A DNA stretch of 43,167 nt, taken from Candidatus Dormiibacterota bacterium (GTDB taxonomy: Bacteria > Chloroflexota > Dormibacteria > Dormibacterales > Dormibacteraceae). Positions 6,958-17,041 of this stretch are shown here, in pieces. Position numbers and translations under genes: made by a program. Every line of letters starts with the position of its first letter. Within the stretch, counting starts at the first letter, position 1. The stretch spans positions 1 to 43,167 of the forward strand of contig DATCAV010000101.1 of NCBI GenBank assembly GCA_036512415.1. The letters are read 5' to 3'. Below the pieces are notes generated by a model. It was not told where the DNA came from and did not search any database. It worked only from the letters and a program-made list of their open reading frames with translations.

Positions 6958-8616
6958 ATGTACGGGAAGCACACCACTCTCAGGCTGATCGCGGCAGTCG
7001 GGGTCCTCGGGCTGCTGGCCATCGCTTGCGGCGGACGCACGACCGGGGGCACAACCGGCGGAGGGCTGCAGCTCGCGGTCACGACCAAAGCCGGGACCAA
7101 ACCGGTCGACAAGGTCGTGTGGGCCGTCTACCGCGACGTGAACTCGCTCGATCCGATCTACGCATTCGACTACCCGGAAAACACCACCGACTCGCTTCTT
7201 TACGAGTCTTTGCTGCGGCAGGCGCCCGACGGCTCGATCGGGCCAGGGCTCGCGACGATGACGAACCCCGATTCGACGACCATTGTTTTGACCCTCAAGC
7301 CAGGCGTGAAGTTCTGGGACGGCAACCCGGTTACCGCAGAAGACGTCGTCTTCAGCCTCGACCGGAACACCGACGCCAGGTTGGCGGGGTTCTACCCAGC
7401 AGTGTTCAACCGCGTCCAGTCGATCACTGCGACCGGCGCGAACGAGGTAACCATCAAGCTGAACAAGCCCGACTACTGGCTCATCGGCGAGCTGGCGTCG
7501 ATCCCTGCGATGATCGTCGAAAAGAAGTTCACCCTCGCGCAGGGGAGCAACTACGGCACGCCCGCGGGCAAGATCATGGGCACCGGGATGTACAAGTTCC
7601 AATCCTTCACACCGGGGGTCGCTGTCGTCATGGTCCGCAACGACAACTACTGGGACTCGAGCGTCAAGCCTCTGGTCAGGGAGATCGACATCAAGGGCGC
7701 CCCTAACGACGCCTCGCTGACATCCGCGCTGGAGACGGGGGGCATCAACGGGGTATACGCCCAGGGCCTCACCACGCTCGACCAGCTCAAAGCAAGCAAA
7801 GCAGTGACCATTACGTACGGCCCGGGCTGGTACACGGACGCGTTCATCGTGAGCGACCTCAAAGGGCCGCTCGGGGATGTTCGTGTGCGGCAGGCGCTTT
7901 CGCTGGCTCTCGACCGCAAGGGCCTCATCGACGCCATCTACAAGGGCACCGCGGCCCTACCAAAGTGGATCTCCAACTCCGGCACGTTCGGCTATGGCAA
8001 GAGCGTCTTCCAGGCGGCTTACGACTCGTCGCCTGACATGACCCAGGACCTGACGAAGGCCAAGCAGCTCATCACCGACGCGGGCGCGGCGGGCAAGTCA
8101 ATCACAATCGGCATGTCGAGCGAGCTGACGGGCATCTCCATCGAGGCCGCCGCACTGAAGGCAGCGGCGGAGGCGATCGGCATGAAGGCGACCCTGCACT
8201 CGGTCTCGGCTCAGAACTTCATCAACTTCTTCATCGACCCCAAGGCTCGCGTCGGGATCGACGGTTTCTTCACCCTCAACTACGGTGACTACGCAGGGCC
8301 CGAGGCTCTGCCGGCAACGTTCCTCCTTCCTGACGGATCGCAGAACTTCGACGGGTATGGCGTCCAGGGCACCGATCCGAACGCGGCCGATCACGCGAAG
8401 ATCTTCCAGATGTTTGACGACGCCCGTGGCACTGCGGATCCGAACGCACGAGCCCAGAAGGTGGCCGACGTCGAGAAGGCAATGGCCACTGACCTGCCGT
8501 GGATTCCGGTGCTTCAGCCGTGGGTGCCGACCATAACCAGCTCCAACCTATCGGGCACCTACTCCTCGTTCGCTTACATGTTCTCGCCGTGGGCGGAAAA
8601 GCTGGGCGGGACCTAG
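6958..8616 (+). CDS. ABC transporter substrate-binding lipoprotein, family 5 (peptide/nickel, DppA/OppA-like)
   Basis: Signal peptide with lipobox LLAIAC-GG. Family-5 SBP length (552 aa) and motifs such as FKLRPGVKFWDGNPVTAEDVVFS-like LTLKPGVKFWDGNPVTAEDVVFSL. Strong RBS GAAGGAAGGAG. Confidence 0.9.
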   Translation: MYGKHTTLRLIAAVGVLGLLAIACGGRTTGGTTGGGLQLAVTTKAGTKPVDKVVWAVYRDVNSLDPIYAFDYPENTTDSLLYESLLRQAPDGSIGPGLATMTNPDSTTIVLTLKPGVKFWDGNPVTAEDVVFSLDRNTDARLAGFYPAVFNRVQSITATGANEVTIKLNKPDYWLIGELASIPAMIVEKKFTLAQGSNYGTPAGKIMGTGMYKFQSFTPGVAVVMVRNDNYWDSSVKPLVREIDIKGAPNDASLTSALETGGINGVYAQGLTTLDQLKASKAVTITYGPGWYTDAFIVSDLKGPLGDVRVRQALSLALDRKGLIDAIYKGTAALPKWISNSGTFGYGKSVFQAAYDSSPDMTQDLTKAKQLITDAGAAGKSITIGMSSELTGISIEAAALKAAAEAIGMKATLHSVSAQNFINFFIDPKARVGIDGFFTLNYGDYAGPEALPATFLLPDGSQNFDGYGVQGTDPNAADHAKIFQMFDDARGTADPNARAQKVADVEKAMATDLPWIPVLQPWVPTITSSNLSGTYSSFAYMFSPWAEKLGGT

Positions 8617-8625
8617 GCTCGGGCC

Positions 8626-9576
8626 GTGCGGCTGCGGTTCTTTGTTCGCCGGCTGGCGATGCTCATCGTCAGCCTGCTGGTGGCGAGCTTTGTCATTTTC
8701 GCCGCCATCTACCTGGCGCCGGGAAACCCGATAGCGGCCCTCTCCGGCGGGCGTTCGATTCCGCCGGAGAGCCTGAAGGTCCTCGAAGCTCGTTACCACC
8801 TGGACCAGCCGTTCCTCGTCCAGTACTGGTACTGGCTGACCAACGCGCTTCACGGCAACCTGGGGATCTCGATCACGCTCCGGGAGAACGTGTCGGACCT
8901 GATCGCATCCAGAATCTCGACCACGGCGGGGCTGGTCCTGTACTCCTCGATCCTGATCATCGCGATCGGCGTCGGCCTGGGAATCGCCGCAGGCCTCAGG
9001 CCCGGCCTGCTCGACACCAGCATTTTGGTCGTGACCGCGATCTCGGCGTCGCTCCCCGCTTTCGTCGCCGCGATCGTACTGATCCTCGTTTTTGCGGTGC
9101 AGCTGCGATGGTTCCCATCGCTCGGCAACGGCGTGGGGTTCTTCGACCAGGTGAAACACCTGACCCTGCCCGCCGTCGCTCTCGCCATCTCGTCGCTGGC
9201 GATTGTCGCAAGGGTGACGCGCGCCGCGATCCGTGAGGAGTCCAGGAAAGAGCACGTCCAGACCGCAGTGAGCCGGGGAATCCCGACGGCCCAGCTGATC
9301 TGGCGCCACGTGCTGCGCAACGCGGCGATTCCCATCACCACGATCTCCGGCATCACCGTGGCGTCCTTGATCGCGGTGGCGGCGGTGGTGGAGGTCGTCT
9401 TCGGCCTCGCCGGGCTGGGCGCGTACCTGGTGCAGTCCGCTCAGTCGAAGGACCTTGCGGTCGTGCAGGGCATCTCGTTGCTGCTCGTCGGGGCGTTCGT
9501 CGCGGTCAACGTCCTCGTCGACGTCCTCTACGCGGTGCTCGACCCGCGTGTTTCGCTCGGGAGCCGCGCGCAATGA
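8626..9576 (+). CDS. ABC transporter permease (DppB/OppB-like)
   Basis: N-terminus FFVRRLAMLIVSLLV...APGNP. Multiple TM segments and the EAA-loop region AVSRGIP...RHVLRNA. Confidence 0.9.
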   Translation: MRLRFFVRRLAMLIVSLLVASFVIFAAIYLAPGNPIAALSGGRSIPPESLKVLEARYHLDQPFLVQYWYWLTNALHGNLGISITLRENVSDLIASRISTTAGLVLYSSILIIAIGVGLGIAAGLRPGLLDTSILVVTAISASLPAFVAAIVLILVFAVQLRWFPSLGNGVGFFDQVKHLTLPAVALAISSLAIVARVTRAAIREESRKEHVQTAVSRGIPTAQLIWRHVLRNAAIPITTISGITVASLIAVAAVVEVVFGLAGLGAYLVQSAQSKDLAVVQGISLLLVGAFVAVNVLVDVLYAVLDPRVSLGSRAQ

Positions 9577-10436
9577 GCGTCGCCGCCGGCGTCTCCAGCG
9601 TCACCAAGCGCTCGAGGGTGGGCAGGCAGAGGGGGTTCAGTCCAGTGCTCGTGATCTCGGCGGCGGTGATCGTCGCCGCCGCGCTGGTGGCCACCGCGGG
9701 GCCGCTGCTTGCCCCATACGACCCGAACCTTCCACAGCTTTCCCAGTACTTCGTCGGACCCAGCCCCGAGCATCTGCTCGGATTCGACGCGTCGGGTCGT
9801 GATGTGCTTTCGCGCCTGCTCTATGGCGCGCGCACCTCGATGATCGGGCCACTCGCTGTCACGTTGATCTGCATGACCCTCGGCTCCCTTCTGGCTGTGA
9901 CCGCAGCGTGGCGTGGCGGCACCTACGACGCCGTGATCTCCTCGGGCCTCGACATCGTCTTCGCGTTTCCCGGAATCCTTCTCGCCGTGCTGGCGGCCGC
10001 CGTGTTCGGAGGCGGCCTGGTGGCTCCGGTGCTCGCTCTGTCAGTCGCATACACACCGTACGTGGCGCGCGTGCTGCGTGGCGCCGCCCTGCGCGAGAGG
10101 GCTCAGCAGTACATTGCCGCGCTCGAGGTCCAGGGAGCTTCGTCGATCGCCATCTGCCTTCGCCACCTCATCCCGAACATGCTCCACCTGATCGTCGCGC
10201 AGGCCACGACGCTGTTCGGCTACGCGATGGTCGACCTGGCGGCGATCTCGTTTCTCGGCCTTGGCGTGCAACCTCCTGCGGCCGACTGGGGCGTAATGGT
10301 CTCGGAGAACCAGCAGGGCATCATCCAGGGATACTCGATACCGGCGCTCGCCGCCGGCCTGTGCATCGTCGTCGTCGTGGTCGCGTTCAACATCCTGGGC
10401 GAGCGGCTCTATGAAAGGGGAGAGGCGCGGCGATGA
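9573..10436 (+). CDS. ABC transporter permease (DppC/OppC-like)
   Basis: ATGA overlap with the upstream permease. HLLGFDASGRDVLSRLLYGAR is the typical DppC motif. TM-rich. Confidence 0.9.
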   Translation: MSVAAGVSSVTKRSRVGRQRGFSPVLVISAAVIVAAALVATAGPLLAPYDPNLPQLSQYFVGPSPEHLLGFDASGRDVLSRLLYGARTSMIGPLAVTLICMTLGSLLAVTAAWRGGTYDAVISSGLDIVFAFPGILLAVLAAAVFGGGLVAPVLALSVAYTPYVARVLRGAALRERAQQYIAALEVQGASSIAICLRHLIPNMLHLIVAQATTLFGYAMVDLAAISFLGLGVQPPAADWGVMVSENQQGIIQGYSIPALAAGLCIVVVVVAFNILGERLYERGEARR

Positions 10437-11434
10437 CGACGGGCGGGGCGCTGCTGGAGCTCGACGGTGTCACTGTGAGCCTGCCCGTCGAAGGCACGAT
10501 GCGCCCCGTGCTGCAGGATGTGTCGTTCGCGATCCGTCCAGGCGAGGCGCTTGGCCTTGTCGGGGAGTCTGGGTCGGGCAAGTCGATGACCGCGCGCACG
10601 ATCGATCGGCTTCTGCCCGCCGGCGCTGCGGTGGCCGGGCGCGTACGGTTCGACGGCCGCGACGTCATGACTCTGTCCGGCGCCGACCTCAAACGTTTTC
10701 GCGGCGAGGTCGCGATGATCTTCCAGGACCCGCGAGCCCACACGAACCCAGTGCGCCGCATCGGCGACTTCATGACCGAGGCGCTGCGCACGAATTCGGG
10801 GGTGGGCATACAGGAGGCGTCGCGCCGCGCCGTCGCTCTGCTCAAGAGCGTCGGCATCGAGGACGGCGAACGGCGGCTGCGCCAGTATCCGCACGAACTT
10901 TCCGGTGGTCTCCTGCAGCGCGTGATGATCGCGACGGCGCTGCTCACGCAACCGCGACTCCTCCTGGCCGACGAGCCGACCACCGCCCTCGACGTGACGA
11001 CCCAGGCTGACGTGCTGGCGATCCTCAGTGACCTACGCTCAGAGCTTCGCCTGGCGATGCTCTTCATCACCCACAACCTTGAGCTCGCGGCCGCGATCTG
11101 CGACCGGACGGTGGTGATGTACGCGGGGCAAGTGGTCGAGGTCCGAGAATCGAACAAGCTGCACGACCAGCCGCTGCATCCGTACACCGCAGCGCTCGCG
11201 GCGGCGCGGCCGAACATCGACGCCACTTCTCACCGGCTGACGGCCATCCCCGGCCGCCCGCTCTCCGCATTCGAGGCGCCCCAGGACGCGTGTGCCTTCA
11301 CTGCCCGCTGCCCTCACGTGGCGGACATTTGCCGCCGGGGCCGGCCGGCGCTGGTGGAGCTGGACGGCGGCCTGACTCGTTGCGTTCGTGCCTCCGAGCT
11401 GTTCGGCAAGCTGAAGGTCCCACTCAATGCCTGA
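10433..11434 (+). CDS. ABC transporter ATP-binding protein (DppD/OppD-like)
   Basis: Walker A GESGSGKS, signature LSGGLLQRV, Walker B LLLADEPTTALD, and the oligopeptide-type C-terminal extension with Cys residues. 4-nt overlap with the upstream gene. Confidence 0.9.
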   Translation: MTTGGALLELDGVTVSLPVEGTMRPVLQDVSFAIRPGEALGLVGESGSGKSMTARTIDRLLPAGAAVAGRVRFDGRDVMTLSGADLKRFRGEVAMIFQDPRAHTNPVRRIGDFMTEALRTNSGVGIQEASRRAVALLKSVGIEDGERRLRQYPHELSGGLLQRVMIATALLTQPRLLLADEPTTALDVTTQADVLAILSDLRSELRLAMLFITHNLELAAAICDRTVVMYAGQVVEVRESNKLHDQPLHPYTAALAAARPNIDATSHRLTAIPGRPLSAFEAPQDACAFTARCPHVADICRRGRPALVELDGGLTRCVRASELFGKLKVPLNA

Positions 11435-12227
11435 GCCGGTGCTCCAAGTGGAGAACCTTCGCAAGGAGTACGGGCCCCTCGTCGCCGTCGACGGGGTCGG
11501 TTTCACGGTGCCCGAGGGCGGATCGCTTGCCATCGTCGGCGAGTCGGGCTCGGGCAAGACGACCGTGGCGCGGCTCATCGTCGGCCTCGAGCGTGCGACC
11601 GCCGGCACGATACGCGCCTGCGGCCGCGACCGGTCGGCGCCGGCTCGCTCGACGCGCGAGCGCCGCCTCAGAGGCCGCGAGGTACAGATCGTCTTCCAGG
11701 ATCCTTACACGAGCCTCGACCCTCGGCAGACGATGGAGGACGCGATCGACGAGGTGCTCCGCCTGCACCGCGGGTGGCCGGCAGATAAAAGAAAGCAGCG
11801 GGTGCGCGAGCTGTCCGACCTGGTCGGCATGGATTCGCGTCAGACGCGAGCGCTGCCACGCGCCCTGTCGGGTGGGCAGCGCCAGCGGGTCGCGATCGCG
11901 CGCGCCCTCGCCGCCGAGCCCCAGGTCCTAATCCTCGATGAGTCGGTGGCTGCGCTCGATGTGTCGATCCAGGCCCAGGTGCTCAACCTGCTGGCGGACA
12001 TCCGGGACGAAACCTCGATCTCGTTCGTTCTGATCAGCCACGACCTCGCGGTGGTGCGCCAGCTGACCGACGAGATAGTGGTCATGTGGCGGGGCCGCGT
12101 GGTCGAACGGGGCGAGACAGCCGACGTGCTCGATCACCCGCAGAACGACTACACGAAGCTCCTGCGGTCCAGCGTCCCGCGGCCGGGCTGGAAGCCGAAG
12201 CAACGGGTATCAATGGCCACCGGATGA
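11427..12227 (+). CDS. ABC transporter ATP-binding protein (DppF/OppF-like)
   Basis: Walker A GESGSGKT, signature LSGGQRQRV, Walker B LILDESVAALD. 8-nt overlap with the upstream gene. Confidence 0.9.
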   Translation: MPEPVLQVENLRKEYGPLVAVDGVGFTVPEGGSLAIVGESGSGKTTVARLIVGLERATAGTIRACGRDRSAPARSTRERRLRGREVQIVFQDPYTSLDPRQTMEDAIDEVLRLHRGWPADKRKQRVRELSDLVGMDSRQTRALPRALSGGQRQRVAIARALAAEPQVLILDESVAALDVSIQAQVLNLLADIRDETSISFVLISHDLAVVRQLTDEIVVMWRGRVVERGETADVLDHPQNDYTKLLRSSVPRPGWKPKQRVSMATG

Positions 12228-12240
12228 GGGGGAGAGACAG

Positions 12241-13653
12241 ATGAACGACCTGCACTACATGTCCGCGACCGAGGCTTTGAAGCAGTTCAAAGCCCGCAAG
12301 CTCTCGCCGGTGGAATTGGTCCAGGCGGTGATCGAACGCGCTGCTGCGGTCGAGCCGGAGATCAACGCCTTCGCCCAGACGTTCTTCGACGAGGCGCTGA
12401 CGCAAGCGAAGGCGGCCGAGGCCCGTTACGCCGGGAACGGGAAACCACCGCGGGCCCTGGAAGGCCTTCTTGTCGCGGTGAAGGAAGAGGCGCCGATCAC
12501 GGGACACAAGAACACCCTTGGCTCGCTCGCGCTTCGGGACATGGTCGCCGATCACACGGCGGTGTTCGTCCAGCGGATCCTTGACGCCGGCGCCATCGTG
12601 CACGCCAGGACGACAACTCCCGAGTTCGCCTGCGCGCCCGTCACGTGGTCGAAGCTCTGGGGCGTCACGCGCAACCCATGGAACCTCGCGTTCTCACCTG
12701 GGGGCTCGAGCGGCGGCTCAGGGGCTTCGCTCGCCGCCGGCACGACGACCCTCGCGACCGGCTCGGATATCGGCGGCTCGATCAGGATCCCCGCGTCCTT
12801 CTGTGGCGTCGTCGGCTTCAAGCCGCCGTACGGCCGGGTGCCCGAGACCGAGATTTTCAACCTGGACCACTACTGCCATGAAGGCCCGCTGGCACGCACG
12901 GTGTCCGATGTCGCGCTCCTCGAGAATGTGATCGCCGGCCCCGACCCAAGCGACGTGGTGTCGTTGAGACCGAAGCTCGTGATCCCCGACCACCTCGAGT
13001 CGATCAAGGGGCTGCGCTTGGCCCTGTCGACCAACCTGAACTGCTACGAGGTGGACAAGGATGTGATCGCGAACACCCACGCAGCAGCCGATCGCCTGCG
13101 AGACGCCGGCGCGACGGTGGAGGAGGTTTCGCTGCCATGGGAGCTCGCGTCGATCAATCGCGCGGCGCGCATCCACTTCGGCATGATCTTCGGACCGTCG
13201 ATCCAGGAGCTCTACGACCAGCACGGTGACGAATTCACCTCGTATGCCAGGCGTTTCGTGGCGGAGGCCAACAAGATCCCCAAGGAGGACTACGTCAAAG
13301 GCCTCGAGCTCGAGGGCCGCATCTACCAGCCGCTGGGCGAGCTCTTGGACAAATTCGACGCGCTGATCTGCCCGACCTTTGCGGTCCCTGCGCTGCCCGC
13401 GGAATATGACTCCCCCAACGATCTGGACACGCTGATGACAGTGCCTTTCAACATCGCGAGCCGATGCCCGGTGATCAGCATCCCTTCGGGGCGCTCGCGC
13501 GATGGCGTGCCGACCGGCCTCTCGGTCGTCGGCAAGACATACGACGATGTGACCGCGTTTCGGGTGGCGTCCGCGCACGAGCAGCGCTTCCCATGGTTCG
13601 ACGCGCTAGAGCGGCGGCCCGATCTTCGATCGCACGTCCTCTCGAATGACTGA
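12241..13653 (+). CDS. Amidase-signature (AS) family amidase, paralog 1
   Basis: Catalytic Lys context LLVAVKEE, GGSSGGSGASLA, GSDIGGSIRIPA (Ser-cisSer-Lys triad elements intact). RBS GAGGGGGAG lies upstream. Confidence 0.9.
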   Translation: MNDLHYMSATEALKQFKARKLSPVELVQAVIERAAAVEPEINAFAQTFFDEALTQAKAAEARYAGNGKPPRALEGLLVAVKEEAPITGHKNTLGSLALRDMVADHTAVFVQRILDAGAIVHARTTTPEFACAPVTWSKLWGVTRNPWNLAFSPGGSSGGSGASLAAGTTTLATGSDIGGSIRIPASFCGVVGFKPPYGRVPETEIFNLDHYCHEGPLARTVSDVALLENVIAGPDPSDVVSLRPKLVIPDHLESIKGLRLALSTNLNCYEVDKDVIANTHAAADRLRDAGATVEEVSLPWELASINRAARIHFGMIFGPSIQELYDQHGDEFTSYARRFVAEANKIPKEDYVKGLELEGRIYQPLGELLDKFDALICPTFAVPALPAEYDSPNDLDTLMTVPFNIASRCPVISIPSGRSRDGVPTGLSVVGKTYDDVTAFRVASAHEQRFPWFDALERRPDLRSHVLSND

Positions 13654-15061
13654 ACTCTGGGAGCTTGATGCGATGGGCCAGGCCGAGCTGGTCCATCGCA
13701 AAGAGGCGACGGCGCTCGAGCTGGTGGACGCGGCGATCGGCCGGATTGAATCGCAGAGCCCGCGATTGAACTGCCTGGCGACGCCGATGTTCGAGGAAGC
13801 CCGGAAGGTGGCCTCGAAAAAGCTGTCGCCCGGGCCGCTCTCAGGGGCGCCCTATCTGATCAAGGACCTCGGCCAGCCGTGCGCGGGCGTGCGGCAGACG
13901 GACGGCTCGAAGGCGCTGGCCGGCTACATCGCGGACCACGACGGCGGACTGGTGACACGACTTCGCAACGCCGGTCTGGTCATCGTCGGCAGGGCGACCG
14001 CCCCTGAGTTCGGGAACCACTCGACGACCGAGCCCGAGGTGTTTGGACCGTGTCACAACCCGTGGGACCTGGGGCGGACGGCTGGAGGGTCGAGCGGGGG
14101 CTCGGCGGCGGCGGTGGCGGCGCGGATGGTGCCCGCTGCCAGCGCCAGCGACGGCGCGGGCTCGATTCGCATCCCGGCCTCGTGCTGCGGGCTCTTCGGT
14201 CTCAAGCCGACCCGCGGACGCATCTCTTTCGGGCCGGACGCGGGCGAGGTTCTCTCCGGGCTGGCGGTGGAGCATGCGGTCACGCGCAGCGTGCGCGACA
14301 GCGCCGCGCTGCTCGATGCCACCTCAGGGCCGGTCGCCGGGGATCCGTACTGGCCGGCGCCTCCGGTCGATTCGTACCTCTCGCAGGTGACGCGGGACCC
14401 GTCGGCGATGCGCATCGCGTGGAGCGCGCGGGCGCCGCTCGGCATGCCGGTGGACCCTGAGTGCCGAAAAGCGGTCGAGGCGACCGCCAAACGGATGGAA
14501 GCGCTGGGGCATCACGTCGTCGAGGACGATCCCAACTACGACGAGGAGGTCCTGCTCGACCCGATGGTCACGATCTGGTCGGTCGGCAATGCCACCGACC
14601 ACGATATCGTCGCATCCAGGATCGGGCGGGCGCCTCGGCGCGACGAGCTCGAGATCACAACGTGGGAGCTCGTCGATAGAGGGAGAGGGGTCAGCGCGAC
14701 GCAGCTCGTGCGCGCAGTCGACCGGATCCACGCCGCCACGCGCGATATGGCTCCCTTCTTCGAAAAATACGACGCCTGGCTCACCCCGACGCTGTCGCAG
14801 CCCCCGCTACCGCTCGGCGTCCTCAACCAGTCGTACGGCGGCGCCGACGAGTGGTGGCAGTTCGACCTTGCCTTCAACCCCTGGAACTCGGTCGCCAACC
14901 TGACCGGCAACCCGGCCATGTCGGTCCCGCTGGCATGGAGTGCGAGCGGCCTGCCGATCGGCATCCTCTTCACCGGCCGCTATGGAGACGAAGCGGGGCT
15001 GTTTCGGCTGGCGGGCCAGCTCGAACGCGCGCACGGTTGGGCTGACCGGGTCGCACCGTGA
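13646..15061 (+). CDS. Amidase-signature family amidase, paralog 2 (by eye closest to 6-aminohexanoate-cyclic-dimer-hydrolase/NylA-type amidases)
   Basis: [48 protein letters not shown]. 8-nt overlap with paralog 1. The subfamily call rests on remembered similarity only. Confidence 0.9.
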   Translation: MTELWELDAMGQAELVHRKEATALELVDAAIGRIESQSPRLNCLATPMFEEARKVASKKLSPGPLSGAPYLIKDLGQPCAGVRQTDGSKALAGYIADHDGGLVTRLRNAGLVIVGRATAPEFGNHSTTEPEVFGPCHNPWDLGRTAGGSSGGSAAAVAARMVPAASASDGAGSIRIPASCCGLFGLKPTRGRISFGPDAGEVLSGLAVEHAVTRSVRDSAALLDATSGPVAGDPYWPAPPVDSYLSQVTRDPSAMRIAWSARAPLGMPVDPECRKAVEATAKRMEALGHHVVEDDPNYDEEVLLDPMVTIWSVGNATDHDIVASRIGRAPRRDELEITTWELVDRGRGVSATQLVRAVDRIHAATRDMAPFFEKYDAWLTPTLSQPPLPLGVLNQSYGGADEWWQFDLAFNPWNSVANLTGNPAMSVPLAWSASGLPIGILFTGRYGDEAGLFRLAGQLERAHGWADRVAP

Positions 15062-15900
15062 CCGGCCGTCGCGGGCTCGTCCTGGGCGGTGGTGGCGTCA
15101 CCGGGATTGCCTGGATGACAGGCCTTCTGGCCGGGCTTGCCGAGGCCGGAACGGATCTGACGACGGCGGACGTGGTCGTCGGCACGTCAGCCGGTTCGGT
15201 GGTCGGTGCCCAGATCCTCAGCGGCGCCACACTCGACGCTCTCTATGCCGCTGCGCTGACGGAGCCCACGGGCGAGGTGGCTGCGAAGATGGGCGTGGGT
15301 GTCCTGCTCGGCTTTGTCGTCAACTCGGTGTGGCCTGGCGACGAGCGTGTCGGCCGGGCGCGCCTCGGGCGCGCAGCCATGAGGGCTCGAACGGTGCCCG
15401 AGGCAGAGCGCCGGGAAATCATCAGACAGCGGCTGCCGAACCCCTCATGGCCCGACCGCCGTCTGATCATCACCGCGGTGGACGCCGAAACTGGAGAAGC
15501 GCGCAATTTTGACCGCGACAGCGGTGTGTCTCTCGCCGATGCGGTGGCCGCGAGCTGCGCAGTGCCCCTGGTTTGGCCGCCGATAACGATCGACGGGCAT
15601 CGCTACATCGACGGCGGCGTCCGGTCAACCACCAACGCCGACTTCGCAGGCGGCTGCGAGAGGGTGGTCGTGGTCGCTCCGGTGACGGTGGCTCTACGGC
15701 GAAGCGGCAGGATCGACAGACAGCTCGCGTCTCTCGGACCTCAGGTGCGATCGATCGTGGTCAGCCCTGACGCAAATGCCCGCAACGCGATTGGGCGAAA
15801 CGTCCTGGATCCCGCGCGCCGTGTCGCCTCGGCGCGCGCCGGCCACGTCCAGGCCGCCGCCGTGGCGACAGCGGTCGCTGCCATCTGGTCAGGCGACTAA
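15058..15900 (+). CDS. Patatin-like phospholipase/esterase
   Basis: Oxyanion motif GGGGVTG, nucleophile elbow GTSAGS (GxSxG), catalytic Asp motif YIDGGV. GTGA overlap with the upstream amidase. Confidence 0.85.
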   Translation: MTGRRGLVLGGGGVTGIAWMTGLLAGLAEAGTDLTTADVVVGTSAGSVVGAQILSGATLDALYAAALTEPTGEVAAKMGVGVLLGFVVNSVWPGDERVGRARLGRAAMRARTVPEAERREIIRQRLPNPSWPDRRLIITAVDAETGEARNFDRDSGVSLADAVAASCAVPLVWPPITIDGHRYIDGGVRSTTNADFAGGCERVVVVAPVTVALRRSGRIDRQLASLGPQVRSIVVSPDANARNAIGRNVLDPARRVASARAGHVQAAAVATAVAAIWSGD

Positions 15901-15956
15901 CCCCAGGCCGAGGTCACATCCATCTACCCGCAGAAAGCGGGCCGGTGAGCCGCTAG

Positions 15957-16076
15957 CTTTTCAACAACAAGGGGGTCGCCACCAAGTCGTCGCCGCTCTC
16001 CTATAACGAAGCTGCCGCCCGGCGCCTCTGGCAGGTGAGCGCAGAGCTGACGGACCTCGACGTCACGGGCGCATAG
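15957..16076 (+). pseudogene. Possible C-terminal remnant of an SDR (retinol-dehydrogenase/WWOX-like) oxidoreductase gene
   Basis: A stop-bounded, start-less frame reads LFNNKGVATKSSPLSYNEAAARRLWQVSAELTDLDVTGA*. The ...A.RLW.VS.EL.G ending is the characteristic C-terminus of RDH-type SDRs. No upstream part of such a gene is present. Confidence 0.3.
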
Positions 16077-16080
16077 CCGC

Positions 16081-16866
16081 CTACCGACCGCGAGCGATTC
16101 GCTCGACTAGGGCCCGTTGCTCAGGGTCGAACCACGGCGGGTTGCCGGCCTCGGCGTTCTCTCTTGCGTGGCTCTCCAGGTGGGTCGCCGTCAGCACGCA
16201 GCTCACGCGCGGATCGCTGGCGATCCATTTCAACACGGCCTCGGGCCACGTCCTCACTCCGAGCGAGCGGAGATCATCGGGTTTCGGCCTCGCTTGCATG
16301 ATCCCACCTTGCAGCGGGCTCAGCACCAGGACGCCCAGCCCCAGCTCTTCCGCCAGCGGCAGCACCGACCTCGCGGCCTGTTGCGCGAGGGGGTTGTAGG
16401 GGATCTGGATCATTGCAATCCGCCCGGTGCGCATCACCTCCATGAGCTCCGGAAAGGCGGAAGCCTGGTAGTGGGTCGCGCCGACCACCGAGACTTGCCC
16501 GCTGTCGCGCAACCCTTCGAGAAGCATCAGATGGGCCTTCCAGTTGGCAAGGTTGTGGACCTGGTAGATGTCCACATGTCCGAAAAGCCGCAGAGCGCTT
16601 TCCGCCTGCCGGCGCCCCTCATCGGTGGACTCGGCCCAGATCTTGGTCGCCACTTGCACCCGCTCCCGCCGGCCGCGCAGGGCGGCAGCCAGGACACTCT
16701 CCGCCCGGCCGTACATCGGGGAGCTGTCGAACAGCGTGATGCCGGCGGAGACCGCCGCTTCGACGAGCACGCCACGATCTTCGGTGGTGTCGAAAGTTCG
16801 CCAGGTGCCCATGCCGATGACGGGGACCTGGAGGCCGATTCGTCCGAGGGGGCGCTGCTCCATCAC
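16081..16866 (-). CDS. Aldo/keto reductase
   Basis: LGRIGLQVPVIGMGTWRTF, FDSSPMYGRAE and IPYNPL motifs, 261 aa. Confidence 0.9.
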   Translation of the reverse strand: MMEQRPLGRIGLQVPVIGMGTWRTFDTTEDRGVLVEAAVSAGITLFDSSPMYGRAESVLAAALRGRRERVQVATKIWAESTDEGRRQAESALRLFGHVDIYQVHNLANWKAHLMLLEGLRDSGQVSVVGATHYQASAFPELMEVMRTGRIAMIQIPYNPLAQQAARSVLPLAEELGLGVLVLSPLQGGIMQARPKPDDLRSLGVRTWPEAVLKWIASDPRVSCVLTATHLESHARENAEAGNPPWFDPEQRALVERIARGR

Positions 16867-17041
16867 TGATTCGATCTTAAAGAGAGCCGCTGCCCCACCG
16901 CATGGATGGCTCGGACACCCTGCCGTCGCATGGCGACGCCGGTTGGCGGCTCCTGTAGAACTTGACCATGGGGAGACCTGGGGCGACTCAGGCCGCGGTG
17001 AGCCTGATCACCGAGGCGCTCGTGACGAAGGTCAAGAACGC

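Noticed and set aside
10688-10701. CAAACGTTTT inside the DppD-like gene as a third LacI box
   Set aside because: It is a half-degenerate match located deep inside a coding region, with no promoter context. It is most likely chance.
15058-15900. Patatin-like gene as a CBASS/defence effector
   Set aside because: No cyclase/nucleotidyltransferase, sensor, STAND, Toll/SIR2 or other defence gene is nearby. The gene is translationally coupled to amidases and an importer, which points to metabolism.
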